Notes: a model not told the origin generated them from the sequence alone. A stretch of DNA of 64,000 nucleotides from an uncultured Nibricoccus sp. (GCA_966249325.1 CBINDC010000006.1:107165-171164); one strand, 5' to 3'. Shown: positions 9,322 through 20,187, numbered from the stretch's first letter. Translations and numbers: made by a program.

Positions 9322-9564
9322 CGCCCGCCCGTCCGTAGCCGTATCACTTAAGATGCGGCCTCCCAGGTGGAGCCGCGCACTCCGTCGCGCTGTTCACCAT
9401 CCACTCGCTCTCCTGCTTAGAGCTGTTTCAGAAAAGTCATGGCCGTTATTCTGCGCCCCGTCGCGTCGCAGTGATTACGGTCGGACCGGGCTTCCGAGGA
9501 GCACACACGGCCGGGACAGACTCACAACATAGGTAACACTTTGTGGTTTGGAGGAGCTCTCCGC

Positions 9565-11103
9565 TCAGGCTGAGACTGGGGTGTGAGCGGGGCGGGCCTT
9601 GCGGGAGATGCAAAGCGAGCGAGATGTGTTTTGGCGATGAGAGGGAGACGACTTGGCGTGTTTGCGGACGCGAGCTTCGCCGTGGACGAGGTCGGTGAGG
9701 TGGTGGACGGTGGTATTGAGGGATTCGGCTTGGGCGTGGAGTTCTTCGGAGGCGCTGGCGGATTCTTCGGCGCCGGCGGCGTTGGTCTGGGTGACTTTGT
9801 CCATGAGCGAGATGGCGTCGTTGATCTGGTTGATGCCCTGCGCCTGTTCCTGGGTAGCGTTGGCGATGTCGGCGACGAGCGTTTCGAGGCGGCCGATCTG
9901 GCCCTGGATGGTGGTGAAGCTGGCGGCGACTTGCGTGGTGAGTTGAACGCCTTCGCGGCTGCGGCTGACGGATGTTTCGATTTTCTCGGCGGTCTCTTTG
10001 GCGGCGACGGCTGAGCGTTGGGCGAGGGAGCGGACTTCGTCGGCTACGACAGCGAAACCGGCTCCGGCGTCGCCGGCGCGAGCGGCTTCGACGGCGGCGT
10101 TGAGAGCGAGGATGTTGGTCTGGAAGGCGATTTCGTCGATGGTCTTGAGGATCTTGGTGATCTCTTCGCTACTTTGGTTGATCGCGTGCATCGAGTTTTG
10201 CATGGCCTGCATCTGGCGGGCGCCTTCGTTGGCGGAGGCGTGGGTTTCGCTGGCGGTTTCCTTGGCGGCGCGGGTGCTCTCGGCGTTGTGTTTGGTCATG
10301 CTCGAAAGCTCTTCGAGCGAGGCGGAGGTTTCCTCGAGCGAGGAGGCTTGTGAAGATGCGCCGTGGGCGAGGGACTGGCTGGAAGCGGAGACCTGGCTTG
10401 CGGCGGCTGCGGTCTGGGCGGCGCCTTCGGTGAGTTCGGAGGTGACCTGGTTGATGGTGACGGAGAGGCGGTGGGTGACGAACCAGCTGAGGCCACCGCC
10501 GACGATGAGGCCGAAGGCGAGGAGCACGGCGGTTTCCTTGAGGAGGAAGACGTAGCGGGCGCGGGCGGCGTTGTATTCAGATTCGGCGACGCTGAGCTGG
10601 AGGTCGACGAGTTCGGCGATCTTGTTGCTGATGGGATCGATGGTGGCGTAGAGCGGGCCGTCGAAGTCGCCGAGGGTGCCGGTGAGCAGGCCGGTTTTGC
10701 CGTCGAGGTGGCGGATGAGTTTTTCGACGGCGGCGTTGGCGGGGGCGAAGAGGCGGGCGGCTTCATCGGCGAGGCGGCTTTCCTCGGGCGTCAGATAAGT
10801 GGAGATGTACGTCTGCCACTTTTCCAAGATGAGTGACTGGGCGGCGCGCAGGCTCTGGATGGTGGCGGGAGCGTCGGTGAGGCCGGCGTTGGCTTTGTTG
10901 ACGGCGTCGATGATGGCGACGGCGTAGGCGTCGGCGATGTGCTTGAGGTGGTCGAGCGGGACGACGCGGTCGTTGTAGACGGTTTCGAGACCGCGATTGG
11001 TTTGTTGGATACCGCGAAGGCCGAGCGCGCCGACAGCGGTGGCGACCAGGAGGAGAAGGGCGCTGACCAGATAGAGTTTGGTGCAGAGTTTGAGGCGTTT
11101 CAT
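9565..11103 (-). CDS. methyl-accepting chemotaxis protein (4HB sensor, TM, HAMP, MCP signalling domain)
   Basis: Highly conserved MCP signalling core [21 protein letters not shown]...VVADEVR; N-terminal TM segment. Confidence 0.9.
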   Translation of the reverse strand: MKRLKLCTKLYLVSALLLLVATAVGALGLRGIQQTNRGLETVYNDRVVPLDHLKHIADAYAVAIIDAVNKANAGLTDAPATIQSLRAAQSLILEKWQTYISTYLTPEESRLADEAARLFAPANAAVEKLIRHLDGKTGLLTGTLGDFDGPLYATIDPISNKIAELVDLQLSVAESEYNAARARYVFLLKETAVLLAFGLIVGGGLSWFVTHRLSVTINQVTSELTEGAAQTAAAASQVSASSQSLAHGASSQASSLEETSASLEELSSMTKHNAESTRAAKETASETHASANEGARQMQAMQNSMHAINQSSEEITKILKTIDEIAFQTNILALNAAVEAARAGDAGAGFAVVADEVRSLAQRSAVAAKETAEKIETSVSRSREGVQLTTQVAASFTTIQGQIGRLETLVADIANATQEQAQGINQINDAISLMDKVTQTNAAGAEESASASEELHAQAESLNTTVHHLTDLVHGEARVRKHAKSSPSHRQNTSRSLCISRKARPAHTPVSA

Positions 11104-11160
11104 GGGAGGAGAAGTAGGGAGAGTAGAGGTACTTAACTGCGGCCATTGTACCCGAAGACG

Positions 11161-11178
11161 CTGTCACGGAGTTGTCAC
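11161..11178. promoter_or_regulatory. Pho-box-like direct repeat CTGTCAC-ggag-TTGTCAC, 58-75 bp upstream of the MCP start at 11103
   Basis: 7-mer, 4-bp spacer, 7-mer (11-bp periodicity), as in OmpR/PhoB-family binding sites. One of three near-identical sites in the window. Confidence 0.45.
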
Positions 11179-11252
11179 ATGTCGTCGCGGCGGCGTTTGT
11201 TTCGATGGGCGCGGGGCTGTGCGGAGACGATTGGCGGACGGGAGCGGGCACG

Positions 11253-11283
11253 AAAAAACCTCCGGTGATGGCCGGAGGTTTTT
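11253..11283. terminator. bidirectional rho-independent terminator between the two MCP genes
   Basis: A6-cctccggtgatggccggagg-T5. Confidence 0.5.
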
Positions 11284-11317
11284 AGGTGGAGTGGGGATGC
11301 GCGGCAGAGGAGCGGTC

Positions 11318-12955
11318 TCAGACGTCTTTGAAGAAGGCGTCGGCGTCGCTGGCGCCGACGGCGACCGGCTGACGAAGTGACGGGCGTTTGTGCGGCGTGA
11401 TTTTTTTGGTGAGCTTCGCGACTTTGGCGGGTGTGGAAGCAGGAGTTGTTTCGTGCGAAGCGGCGGGGGCGATTTTTTTGGTGGAGCCACCGACGAGTTT
11501 TTGGAGGTCGGCGACGGCCTGGGTGAGGACGGTGGCCTGGCCGTTGAGGTCTTGGGAAGCGGCGGAGGATTCCTCGGCGCTGGCGGCATTGGATTGGGTG
11601 ACCTTGTCCATTTGCGAGACGGCGACGGTGACCTGGCCGATGCCCTGGCTTTGCTCGGTGGAGGCGGTGGCGATTTCGCCGACGAGGGTGTCGAGCTGGA
11701 GGATTTGCTGCTGGATGCTTTCGAAGCTGCGGGCGACCTCGGCGCCGATCTGAGTGCCCTGCTGGCTCTTGGCGACGGAGTCCTCGATCTTCACGGCGGT
11801 CTCTTTGGCGGCGGCGGCGCAGCGCTGGGCGAGGGCGCGTACTTCATCGGCCACTACGGCGAAGCCGGCACCTGCGGAGCCGGCGCGGGCGGCTTCGACG
11901 GCGGCGTTGAGAGCGAGGATGTTGGTCTGAAAGGCGATCTCGTCGATGGTCTTGAGGATCTTGGAAATGTCGGTGCTGGCGGCGGCGATGGCGGCGAGGG
12001 CGCTCTGCATGGTTTTGACCTGCTCGGCGCCGGCGTCGGCAGACTGGCGGGTGTGGGTGGCGGCGAGCTTGGCCTGCTGGGCGCTGTCGGCGTTGCGCTT
12101 GGTCATGCTGGAGAGTTCTTCAAGTGAGGCGGAGGTTTCTTCGAGGGAGGCGGCCTGCTCGCTCGCTCCCTCGGCGAGGGAGTGGCTGCTGCCGGCGACC
12201 TGGCCGGAGGCGGCGGCAACTTGGGCGGAGGCGTCGTCGAGAGTAACCGACATGCGGCGGAGGGCGCGGTTAATGCCTCGGATGATGAACCAGCCAAGGA
12301 CGAGGGAGATGGCCACGGAGATGGCGGAGACCGACGTAGTGAGAAAACGGGCACGCTGGGAGGTGTCTGTCATCTGACCGGCGACGAGCCGGGCGATGTC
12401 GGCGTTCCAGATGAGGACTTGGGAGAGTTTTTCCTGAAAGGCGAAGTAGCCGGGCTCGAGGGTTTCCAGGCGGAAGGTTTCGGCTTCGGCGGTTTTGCCG
12501 TCGCGGAGAAGTGCGAGATAGGCGGCGCGTTGTTTTTGGAAAAGTGCGCGGCGCGCAGTCAGGTCGGCGAAGGCGATACGGTCCTCCTCCATGGTGATGG
12601 CGCGTTCGTAGGCACCGAGAGACTTGGTGGAGGCGGCGATGTTGGCGTCGGATTCGGCTATGTATTTTTCGCGGAGGTCGGGGGTGCGAGCGATGGAGAC
12701 TTCAAGAAGTTTGATGTAGCCGAGGAGGCAGTTGGTGGCGATCTCCGAGGAGCTGACGAGGCCGGGGATGGCGTCGTCGCGGAGGCGTTTTTTGGCGAAC
12801 GTTTCCAGATTGTCGAAGGCGACGTGGGCGACGGTGGATATGGCGACGAGGAGAGCGAGCAGCAGGCCGCCGGCGAAGGCGATGCGGCGGGCGATGGTCC
12901 AGGGTTGGAATCGGAAGCGTTTGAGCGAATTGCCGGTGAGGGGGGATGTTTTCAT
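11318..12955 (-). CDS. methyl-accepting chemotaxis protein (paralog of 9565-11103)
   Basis: Same MCP signalling core with few substitutions; N-terminal TM and ligand-binding region. Confidence 0.9.
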   Translation of the reverse strand: MKTSPLTGNSLKRFRFQPWTIARRIAFAGGLLLALLVAISTVAHVAFDNLETFAKKRLRDDAIPGLVSSSEIATNCLLGYIKLLEVSIARTPDLREKYIAESDANIAASTKSLGAYERAITMEEDRIAFADLTARRALFQKQRAAYLALLRDGKTAEAETFRLETLEPGYFAFQEKLSQVLIWNADIARLVAGQMTDTSQRARFLTTSVSAISVAISLVLGWFIIRGINRALRRMSVTLDDASAQVAAASGQVAGSSHSLAEGASEQAASLEETSASLEELSSMTKRNADSAQQAKLAATHTRQSADAGAEQVKTMQSALAAIAAASTDISKILKTIDEIAFQTNILALNAAVEAARAGSAGAGFAVVADEVRALAQRCAAAAKETAVKIEDSVAKSQQGTQIGAEVARSFESIQQQILQLDTLVGEIATASTEQSQGIGQVTVAVSQMDKVTQSNAASAEESSAASQDLNGQATVLTQAVADLQKLVGGSTKKIAPAASHETTPASTPAKVAKLTKKITPHKRPSLRQPVAVGASDADAFFKDV

Positions 12956-12978
12956 GGGAGAAGAGTCGAGTGGAAGAA

Positions 12979-13467
12979 TCAGGCGGCCTGGGCGGTGTCG
13001 GTGGCGCCGACGACGCGTTGGATATCGAGGAGGGTTTTCACTTCGCCGCGGGCGCGGGCCATGCCGAGGATGCAGGAGGTGTCCACCGCGGTGCCGAAAG
13101 TGGGGGCGGGCTCGATCGCATCGGTGTCGATGGTGAGAACGTCATCGACGGAATCGACGATGAGGCCGGTTTGGGAGGTGCGGCCGGAAGCGGTGGATGT
13201 CTGGACGACGACGATGCAGGTGCGCTCGGCGATGGCGGCTGCGAGGTCGAATTTGAGGCGGAGATCGACGACGGGGATGACGCGGCCGCGGAGGTTGATG
13301 ACGCCTTTGACGAAGTGCGGCATCCGGGGGAGCGCGGTGATTTTCTGGAGGCGGATGATTTCGCGGACGGCGGTGACAGAGAGGCCGTAGGCTTCACCGG
13401 CGAGCTGGACCGTGAGGTATTTGCCGCTGGGCGACGCCTCGGAGACTGAAAGAGGAGATTTTTCCAT
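12979..13467 (-). CDS. cheW: chemotaxis coupling protein CheW
   Basis: 162 aa; CheW-like domain ([30 protein letters not shown]). Confidence 0.9.
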   Translation of the reverse strand: MEKSPLSVSEASPSGKYLTVQLAGEAYGLSVTAVREIIRLQKITALPRMPHFVKGVINLRGRVIPVVDLRLKFDLAAAIAERTCIVVVQTSTASGRTSQTGLIVDSVDDVLTIDTDAIEPAPTFGTAVDTSCILGMARARGEVKTLLDIQRVVGATDTAQAA

Positions 13468-13499
13468 GACCCCAGTTTCTCAGAAACCGGGGGGAGGTT

Positions 13500-13517
13500 A
13501 TGTCACCGAGGTGTCAC
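13500..13517. promoter_or_regulatory. Pho-box-like direct repeat ATGTCAC-cgag-GTGTCAC, 33-51 bp upstream of the cheW start
   Basis: Same architecture as the sites at 11161 and 20170. It overlaps the stop codon of the upstream hybrid kinase. Confidence 0.45.
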
Positions 13518-15532
13518 AAGCGCGGAGCCGGTGACGTGGTCGCGGAGAGGGCGGCGTGGGTGGCGGCGAGGAGTTGTTCGCGGGTGAAAGGCTTGGGGAG
13601 GAGGCGGACGCGGTGTTCGGCGAGGGCGGCGGCGGGTAGTTCGGAGGCGTCTAGGCCGCTGATGGCGACAATCGGAAGATCGGAGTGGAGGCGGCGGATG
13701 GCGCGGATGGCGGCGAGGCCGTCGAGGTGCGGCATCATCAGGTCGAGGATGAGGCAGGCGAGGCGGTCGCGGTGAGTCGCGACTTGCGCGAGGGCGTCGG
13801 CACCGTCGCTGGCGGTGAGCGGGCGATAGCCGGAGGCTTCGAGGGAGGATTTCATGATTTCGCGGACGGCGCGGTCGTCGTCGGCGAGGAGAATCCATTC
13901 GCCGTTGCCGGTGGGTGGTTCTTCGAGCGCGTCGGCTAGATCGTCGCAGGTGCCGGTGGCGGCGGGGAGGTAGATGTGGAAGTGCGCGCCGGAGCCGGGG
14001 GAGGATTCCACTTGGAGGAATCCGCCGTGGTCGCGGACGATGGTCTGGACGGTGGCGAGGCCGAGGCCGGTGCCTTTGCCGGGGGCCTTGGTGGTGAAGA
14101 AGGGATCGAAGATTTTCGTGAGGACTTCGGGCGACATGCCGGGGCCGGTATCGGAAACGCTGAGACGGATGAAGTCTCCGGCGAGGGCACCGGGTATGAG
14201 CGCGGCGGCGGAGGCGTCGAGTGTGCGGCGTTCGAGAGAAAGGGTGAGTTCGCCGCCGGTGGCCATGGCGTCGCGGGCGTTGACGCAGAGGTTCATGAGC
14301 ACCTGGTGGAGGCGGCTGGCGTCGCCGAGAACGAAGGGGAGATCGGCGGCGAAGCGGCTGCGGATGGCGATGGAGCGGGGGAAGGTTTCCTGGATGAGGT
14401 GGTGGACCTCTTTGACGAGGTGTTCGAGGCGGAAGGGTTCGCGTTCGCCCTCGCGGCCGCGGACGAAGAGGAGGATTTGTTTGACCATGTCGGCGCCACG
14501 TCTGGCGCTGGCGAGCATGATGTCGGCGAGGCGGCGGTCGGCCTCGGGGAGGCCGGACTCGGCGAGGATCTGGCCGGACATGAGGAGCGGGGTGAAGACG
14601 TTGTTGAGGTCGTGGGCGATACCGCTGGCGAGTGAGCCGATGCTTTCGAGGCGCTGGGCGCGGAGGAACTGGGCCTCGATTTTTTTGCGCTCGGTCATGT
14701 CGGTATTCACGACGAGGATATTGAGCGGGTCGCCGGTGAGGTCGTCGCGGACGAGGGTCCAGCGGGATTCGACGAGGAGTTCGGAGCCGTCGCGGCGGTG
14801 GTGGGTGAGTTCGCCGGTCCATTCACCGTCGGCGAGGGTGGCGGCGAGCGCGCTGGTGCGGGTGAGTTCGTCGCGGGAGCCGGTGAGTTCGTCGGCGTTG
14901 CGGGCGATGGCTTCGGAGGACGGGTGGCCGTAGAGGCGCTCGGCGCTGCGATTCCAGTAGGTGACGAGGCCGTCGAGGGAGCGGACGAAGATGGCGTCGC
15001 GGGCTTTGTCGAGGAGGGCGGCCTGGGCGCGGGTTTTTTCCTGGGCGAGGATGCGGGCGTGCATCTCGGCGCGGAGAGTTTCGTTGGATTCGGCGAGGAG
15101 GGCGGTGCGTTCGATGACGCGTTGTTCGAGCTGGTCGCGGGCTTCTTGTTGCTGGCGGTGGAGGGCGTGGTTGGTGAGGGCGAGTTCGATGCAGAGCTGG
15201 AGTTCGCGTTCTTTGAAAGGTTTCAGGAGGTAGCTGGCGGCGTGGGTGAGCTGGGCGCGTTGGAAGGTTTTTTCGTCGGCGTTGGCGGTTAGGAAGACGA
15301 CGGGGAGATCCAGTTCGGAGCGGATGAGGGCGGCGGCCTGGATGCCGTCGAGTTCGCCCTGGAGCTGGATGTCCATGAGGACGAGGTCGGGTTTGAGCTC
15401 GGTGGCGAGTCGGATGGATTCCTCGCCGGAGGCGGCGGTGGCGCAGATCTCGTAGCCGAGGCGGGTGAGGCGTTGCTCGAGGTCGAGGGCGACGACCATT
15501 TCGTCTTCGGTGATGAGGATGCGGGCGGTCAT
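13514..15532 (-). CDS. hybrid histidine kinase: REC - PAS - HisKA - HATPase_c - REC
   Basis: N-terminal REC (DLVLMDIQLQGELDG), PAS, H-box GIAHDLNNVF, G-boxes DTGPGM and GTGLGL, and a C-terminal REC (LILDLMMPHLDG, KPF). Confidence 0.85.
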   Translation of the reverse strand: MTARILITEDEMVVALDLEQRLTRLGYEICATAASGEESIRLATELKPDLVLMDIQLQGELDGIQAAALIRSELDLPVVFLTANADEKTFQRAQLTHAASYLLKPFKERELQLCIELALTNHALHRQQQEARDQLEQRVIERTALLAESNETLRAEMHARILAQEKTRAQAALLDKARDAIFVRSLDGLVTYWNRSAERLYGHPSSEAIARNADELTGSRDELTRTSALAATLADGEWTGELTHHRRDGSELLVESRWTLVRDDLTGDPLNILVVNTDMTERKKIEAQFLRAQRLESIGSLASGIAHDLNNVFTPLLMSGQILAESGLPEADRRLADIMLASARRGADMVKQILLFVRGREGEREPFRLEHLVKEVHHLIQETFPRSIAIRSRFAADLPFVLGDASRLHQVLMNLCVNARDAMATGGELTLSLERRTLDASAAALIPGALAGDFIRLSVSDTGPGMSPEVLTKIFDPFFTTKAPGKGTGLGLATVQTIVRDHGGFLQVESSPGSGAHFHIYLPAATGTCDDLADALEEPPTGNGEWILLADDDRAVREIMKSSLEASGYRPLTASDGADALAQVATHRDRLACLILDLMMPHLDGLAAIRAIRRLHSDLPIVAISGLDASELPAAALAEHRVRLLPKPFTREQLLAATHAALSATTSPAPRL

Positions 15533-15535
15533 GGA

Positions 15536-18500
15536 TCAGGCGGGGTTTTTGCGGGGAATCTCGCGGAAGGTGATGGCGAAGGCGGCGCCGGGGCCGGGCT
15601 CGATCTGGAGATCGCCGCGCAGCTGGCGGACGAGGGTTTTGACGAGCTGCATGCCGAGGGACTTGGTCTGGCGGAGGTCGAAGTCGGCGGGGATGCCGCG
15701 GCCGTTGTCGCGGACGACGAGGCGGAATTCGCCGGGACCGGCGCGCGTGAGGGAGATATCGATACGGCCGGCGGCACCGGGGGGAAAGGCGTGTTTGCAG
15801 GCGTTGGAGACGAGTTCGTTGACGATGAGTCCGCAGGGGATGGCGGTGTCGATGCCGAGCTCGATGGAGGCGACGTGGAGGTCGAAGGCGATGCCTCGGG
15901 TGGAGACGCCGAAGGCGGCGACGAGGTTTTCGGTGAGGTCGCGGAGGTAGTCGGCGAAGTCGATGTGGCCGAGGTCGGAAGACTGGTAGAGTTTTTCGTG
16001 GATGAGGGCCATGGAGGCGATGCGGCCCTGGGATTCGGCGAAGAGGCGGCGGGAGGTTTCGTCGTGGAGGTGACCGAGTTGGAGATTCAGCAGACTGGAG
16101 ATGATCTGCATGTTGTTCTTCACGCGGTGGTGGATCTCTTTGAGGAGGACTTCCTTTTCGGCGAGTGAAGTGCGGATGGTTTCCTCGACGCGGAGGCGAT
16201 CGGTGATGTCGCGGCAGACGCAGACGAGGCCCCCGTCGCGGATCTGCGTAAGGGAAAGTTCCTCAGCGAAGGTGGTGCCGTCGCGGCGGCGGGCGGTGGC
16301 GATGCCGCGCCATTTGCCATCCTGGATAAGCGCGGGGAAGGCGGCGTCTTCGAGGCGGCGGACTTCTTCGTCGGTGTAGAGCGTGCGCCAGGACTGGCCG
16401 CGGAGTTCGGAGGTTTTGGTGTATCCGAAAAGTTCGAGGTGGATGGCGTTGAGGTAGGTGAAGCAGCCGGTGGAATCGAGGATGGCGACGCCGTCGATGG
16501 CGGCTTCGATGGCGGCGCGTTGTTTGCCGAGGTCTTCTTCGGCGAGTTTGCGTTCGGTGATGTCGTGGAGGGTGCCGGCGGTGCCGGCGATGCGGTCGTG
16601 CTCGTCGAGGACGAGGCGGGCGAAGACTTCCATCCAGCGGTAGCCGCCGTCTTTGGTGAGGTAGCGGACCTCGTGGCGGCAGTAGTCTTTTTTGCGCTCG
16701 ATGAGCGGGAGGAAGAGCTGGTTGTTGCGATCGCGGTCGTCGGGGTGGACGTAGTTGAGGAAGAGGGTGTCGAGGGATTCGGCGACGGAATAGCCGGTGA
16801 TTTCTTCCCAGGCGGGGTTGAGGAAAGTCCAGAAGCCGGCTTCGTCGGTCTGGAAGACGGCTTCCTTGAGATTGGAGACGAGGGAGCGGTAGCGGGTTTC
16901 GCTGTCAAGGTGGGCGCGGGCGGTGGCGCGGTTGAGGAGGACGGCGCCGAGGACGCGGGTGGTGGAGAGAAGGGCGTCGATTTTTTGCGGGCTCCAGGGC
17001 GGGGAGTCGTTTTTGAAGCCGAGGGACATCATGCCCCAGAAACGGCCGGGGCCGGCAAAGATGGGGAGGGCGACAAAGGAGTCGGCGCCGAGGGCGAGCC
17101 AGAGGGACTGCTCGGCGGAAGCGCAGGCGTCGCGGCGGTTTTGGACGGGGCGGCCCTGGCGGAGGGAGTCGGCGGAGGACCAGCCGGCGGTGTTTTCAAA
17201 GAGGAGATCGCGGAGGTTGTCGCGGGTGGACGACTGGCAATCGGAGCCCCAGAGGGTGTCGAGCGAGAGGAGCGGGGAACCGGCGAAGCCGTTGTGGTGG
17301 CGCCAGACGGCGACGTGGTCGGCGCGGGTGGCCTGGCCGATTTGTTCGAGGGCGAGGGGGAGGGAGGCGGCGTAGTCGGCGGCGTTGAGGAGGATCTCGG
17401 CGGCGTAGCTGGCGGCCTGGTGAATGGCGTCGCGGCGTTGGAGCGACTCCTCGGTCTGGATACGGGAGGTGACGTCGGTCTGGACGCCGATGAAGTGGGT
17501 GACGGGACCGAGGTCGGAGCGGACGGGCGAGACATCGAGCTCGTTCCAGAAGAGGGATCCGTCTTTGCGATAATTGCGGAGGACGACGCGGCAGGGGGCG
17601 TCCTGGGCGAGGGCGGCGCGGAGTTCGTGGAGGGCGGGTTGGTCGCGGTCGTGGCCTTGGAGGAAGCGGCAGTTGCGGCCGATGACATCGTGCGCGGAGT
17701 AGCCGGTGATGCGCTCGAAGGCGGGATTTACCTGGATGACGGGGCGGCCGGGGGCCTGGGCATCGACGATGACGATGCCGTTGTTACAGGCCTTGAGGGC
17801 CTGGTCCATGAGGTGGAGGTTTTGTTTGCGGGCGACGGCGATAGTGACGTCGTGGAGGACGCTTTGGAGGCGGGGTTCGCCGCCGCAGTCCGGGTGGACG
17901 ATGCGGGTGACGTCGTCGATCCAGCGTATCGGTTGTCCGGGGACGACGAGGCGGTAGCGCTGGGTGAGAGAGGTGGCAGTACTGGCGAGAAAGCGTTCGC
18001 GCTCGGAGGCGATGCGGGCGCGGTCGTCTGGGTGAAGGACGTCGAGTTGTTCGCTGGTGCGGCCGAGGAGGTCGGCGGGGGCGAGGCCGAATTCGGAGAC
18101 ATTATCGGAGACGAAATCGACGGGCCAGCCGGGGGAGAGGCGGCGGCGGAGGGCGATGAAGCCGCTTTGATGGATGATGCCGTCGAGCGTGGAGGAGCGG
18201 TCGAGGGCCTGACGGAGACGGACGGCTTCGGATTCGCGGAGGGCGAGCATGCGGGTGAGCTCGGCGCGGTTGACGACCTGGCGGGAAAGGGTGGCGAGGG
18301 CTGTTTCCTGAGCGGCGGAGAGGGGACGGACGCGGCGGTCGAGGACGCAGATGGTGCCGAGGACATCACCGGGCGCGCGGGTGAGTTTGGCGCCGGCGTA
18401 GAAGCGGATGCGGGGTTCGGAGCGGACGCACACGGCGTCGCGGAAAGCGGGGTCGGCGGTGGCGTCGGCGAGAGAAAATACGGGGACGTCGCCGGCGAGG

Positions 18501-18773
18501 GTGCGGGCGCAAAAGCCGGCGGCGCGGAGTTCGGGAGTGACGGAGAGACCGTGGACCGTGGGTGGCGACGACGGTGTAGTCTTCGCCGGTGCGCATCATG
18601 ATCAAGGCCATGGGCGCGTCGCAAAGGCTGGCGGCGAGGGAGGCGATGTCCTGGTAGTCGGAGGCTGGAGACGGCGTGCCGGTGACGTTGGCAGCGGTCT
18701 CGATGGGGAGTGGCGTGAGTGCGGGGGCGGCGGGTGCGTTCACGCGTGTGGTCTTATCCCGGGACGCGGGCAA
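15536..18773 (-). pseudogene. GAF-PAS-LOV-GAF/PAS-HisKA_2 blue-light sensor histidine kinase, reading frame split by a 7-bp tandem duplication (or a sequencing error)
   Basis: Complete LOV core GRNCRFLQG ... NYRKDGSLFWN ... FIGVQTDVT (Cys codon 17669-17671). HisKA_2-type H-box EIHHRVKNNMQIISSLLNLQ and HATPase_c follow. The N-terminal GAF half is in ORF 18366-18773 and the rest in 15536-18433. Deleting one copy of gaccgtg (18547-18560) gives a continuous 1077-codon ORF. Confidence 0.75.
18547..18560. repeat. perfect 7-bp tandem duplication gaccgtg-gaccgtg causing a +1 frameshift in the LOV kinase
   Basis: Seen in sequence. Removing one copy changes ATHGPRSLRHS... to ATHGLSVTPELRAAGFCARTLAGDVPVF..., which continues the GAF domain into the downstream ORF. 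Confidence 0.75.
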
Positions 18774-18865
18774 ATGGACGGACGTGAGTTTTGGGACAAT
18801 GCCATGGGGATGAATCGGATCGCGTGAGGCCGGGCTTAAGCGGTGAGGCTGCGCGTATTTTGTAC

Positions 18866-20140
18866 TCAGGGGAGGTCACGGGCGGGCTCGGCGAGGCGGG
18901 GGAGGTCGAAGGTTTCGAGCCAAAGGAGGAAGGAGAAGGTGCTGCCGCGGCCGGGGGCGCTTTGGAGCCAGATGCGGCCGCCCATGATGCGGACGAGTTG
19001 TTCGCTGATGGAGAGACCGAGGCCGAGGCCGCCGTGGCGGCGGGAGTCGGACAGGTCGGCCTGGGAGAAGGGGGCGAAGATGCCGGCGTGGAGTTCCGGA
19101 GGGATGCCGATGCCGGTGTCGCTGACGGAGACTTCGAGGCAGACGCGGGTGCCTTCGCGGGCGCGGAGACCGACGAGGATGTCGATCTCGCCGCGGTCGG
19201 TGAACTTGATGGCGTTGTCGGCGAGGTTGAGGAGGACCTGGCCGAGGCGGAGGGGATCGCCGTAGACGAGCGGGGGGACTTCGGGGGCGATTTCGCAAGT
19301 GAGGACGAGTTGTTTGGCGCGGGCGCGTTGTTCGAGGGAATCGATGAGGGGGGCGAGGCGGTTGCGGAGGTCGAAGCCGGAGCGGGTGAAGGCGATTTTC
19401 CCGGCGTGGGCGTTGGAGTAGTCGAGGAGGTTGTCGATGAGACCGAGGAGACTTTGAGCGGAAGACTGAACGACGGAAAGGCACTCGCGGTCGGCATCGG
19501 ATCGAGGGGAGTCGAGGAGGATCTCGGTCATGCCGAGGATGCCGTTCATCGGAGTGCGGAGCTCGTGGCTGATACAGGCGAGGAACTGGCTCTTGGCGCG
19601 GGAGGCGGCGAGGGCGTCGTCGCGGGCTCGTTCGAGGGCGCGGACGGTGTCGGCGTGGCGGGCGATCTCGGTCTGGAGATCGGCGTTGGCCTGGCGATAG
19701 GCGGCGGTGCGGAGTTCGACGCGGAGTTCGAGTTCGTCGCGCATGCGGCGGAGCTCGGCTTGGGTCGAGTGATGGTGGAGGGCCATGTCGATGGCGAAGC
19801 GGAGTTCGCGCTCTTTGACGGGCTTGGAGAGGAAGCTGTAGGGGGCGATGGCTTGGGCGCGGGCGAGGGTGGCGACGTCGGCGTTGGCGGTGAGAAAGAC
19901 GATGGGGAGATCGAGTTCGGTGCTGAGGCGGCTGGCGGTCTCGATGCCGTCGAGGTCGCCTTGGAGCTGAATGTCCATGAGGACGAGACCGGGCTTGAGC
20001 TGGCGGGCCTGGGCAAGGGCGTCTTCGCCGGACATGGCGACGCCGACCACGGTGTAGCCGGCGGCTTCGAGGCGGCGGCGGAGGTCCATGGCGACGAGGA
20101 GTTCGTCTTCGACAAGGAGAAGGGTGGGCGTGCTCATGGG
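18866..20140 (-). CDS. hybrid histidine kinase: REC - coiled coil - HisKA - HATPase_c
   Basis: Start at MSTPTLLLVEDE. REC with DIQLQGDLDG, H-box ISHELRTPMNGI, G-boxes DTGIGI and GLGLGL. Confidence 0.85.
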   Translation of the reverse strand, partial: PMSTPTLLLVEDELLVAMDLRRRLEAAGYTVVGVAMSGEDALAQARQLKPGLVLMDIQLQGDLDGIETASRLSTELDLPIVFLTANADVATLARAQAIAPYSFLSKPVKERELRFAIDMALHHHSTQAELRRMRDELELRVELRTAAYRQANADLQTEIARHADTVRALERARDDALAASRAKSQFLACISHELRTPMNGILGMTEILLDSPRSDADRECLSVVQSSAQSLLGLIDNLLDYSNAHAGKIAFTRSGFDLRNRLAPLIDSLEQRARAKQLVLTCEIAPEVPPLVYGDPLRLGQVLLNLADNAIKFTDRGEIDILVGLRAREGTRVCLEVSVSDTGIGIPPELHAGIFAPFSQADLSDSRRHGGLGLGLSISEQLVRIMGGRIWLQSAPGRGSTFSFLLWLETFDLPRLAEPARDLP

Positions 20141-20169
20141 GACATCATCGCAGAAGAGATGAGGGCGAT

Positions 20170-20187
20170 GAGTCACGGAGCTGTCAC
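20170..20187. promoter_or_regulatory. Pho-box-like direct repeat GAGTCAC-ggag-CTGTCAC in the divergent promoter between the REC-HK operon and the OmpR-family regulator
   Basis: 30-48 bp upstream of the REC-HK start (20140) and about 65 bp upstream of the response-regulator start (20253). Confidence 0.45.

Noticed and set aside
9322-9564. 243-bp convergent intergenic region checked for tRNA or small RNA
   Set aside because: No T-loop-like GTTCGAATC-type sequence and no obvious acceptor stem. Nothing supports an RNA gene from sequence alone.
16439-18601. 720-aa plus-strand ORF overlapping the LOV kinase
   Set aside because: Shadow ORF (GAG/GDG/VEE-rich) antisense to a gene with unambiguous LOV and HATPase motifs.
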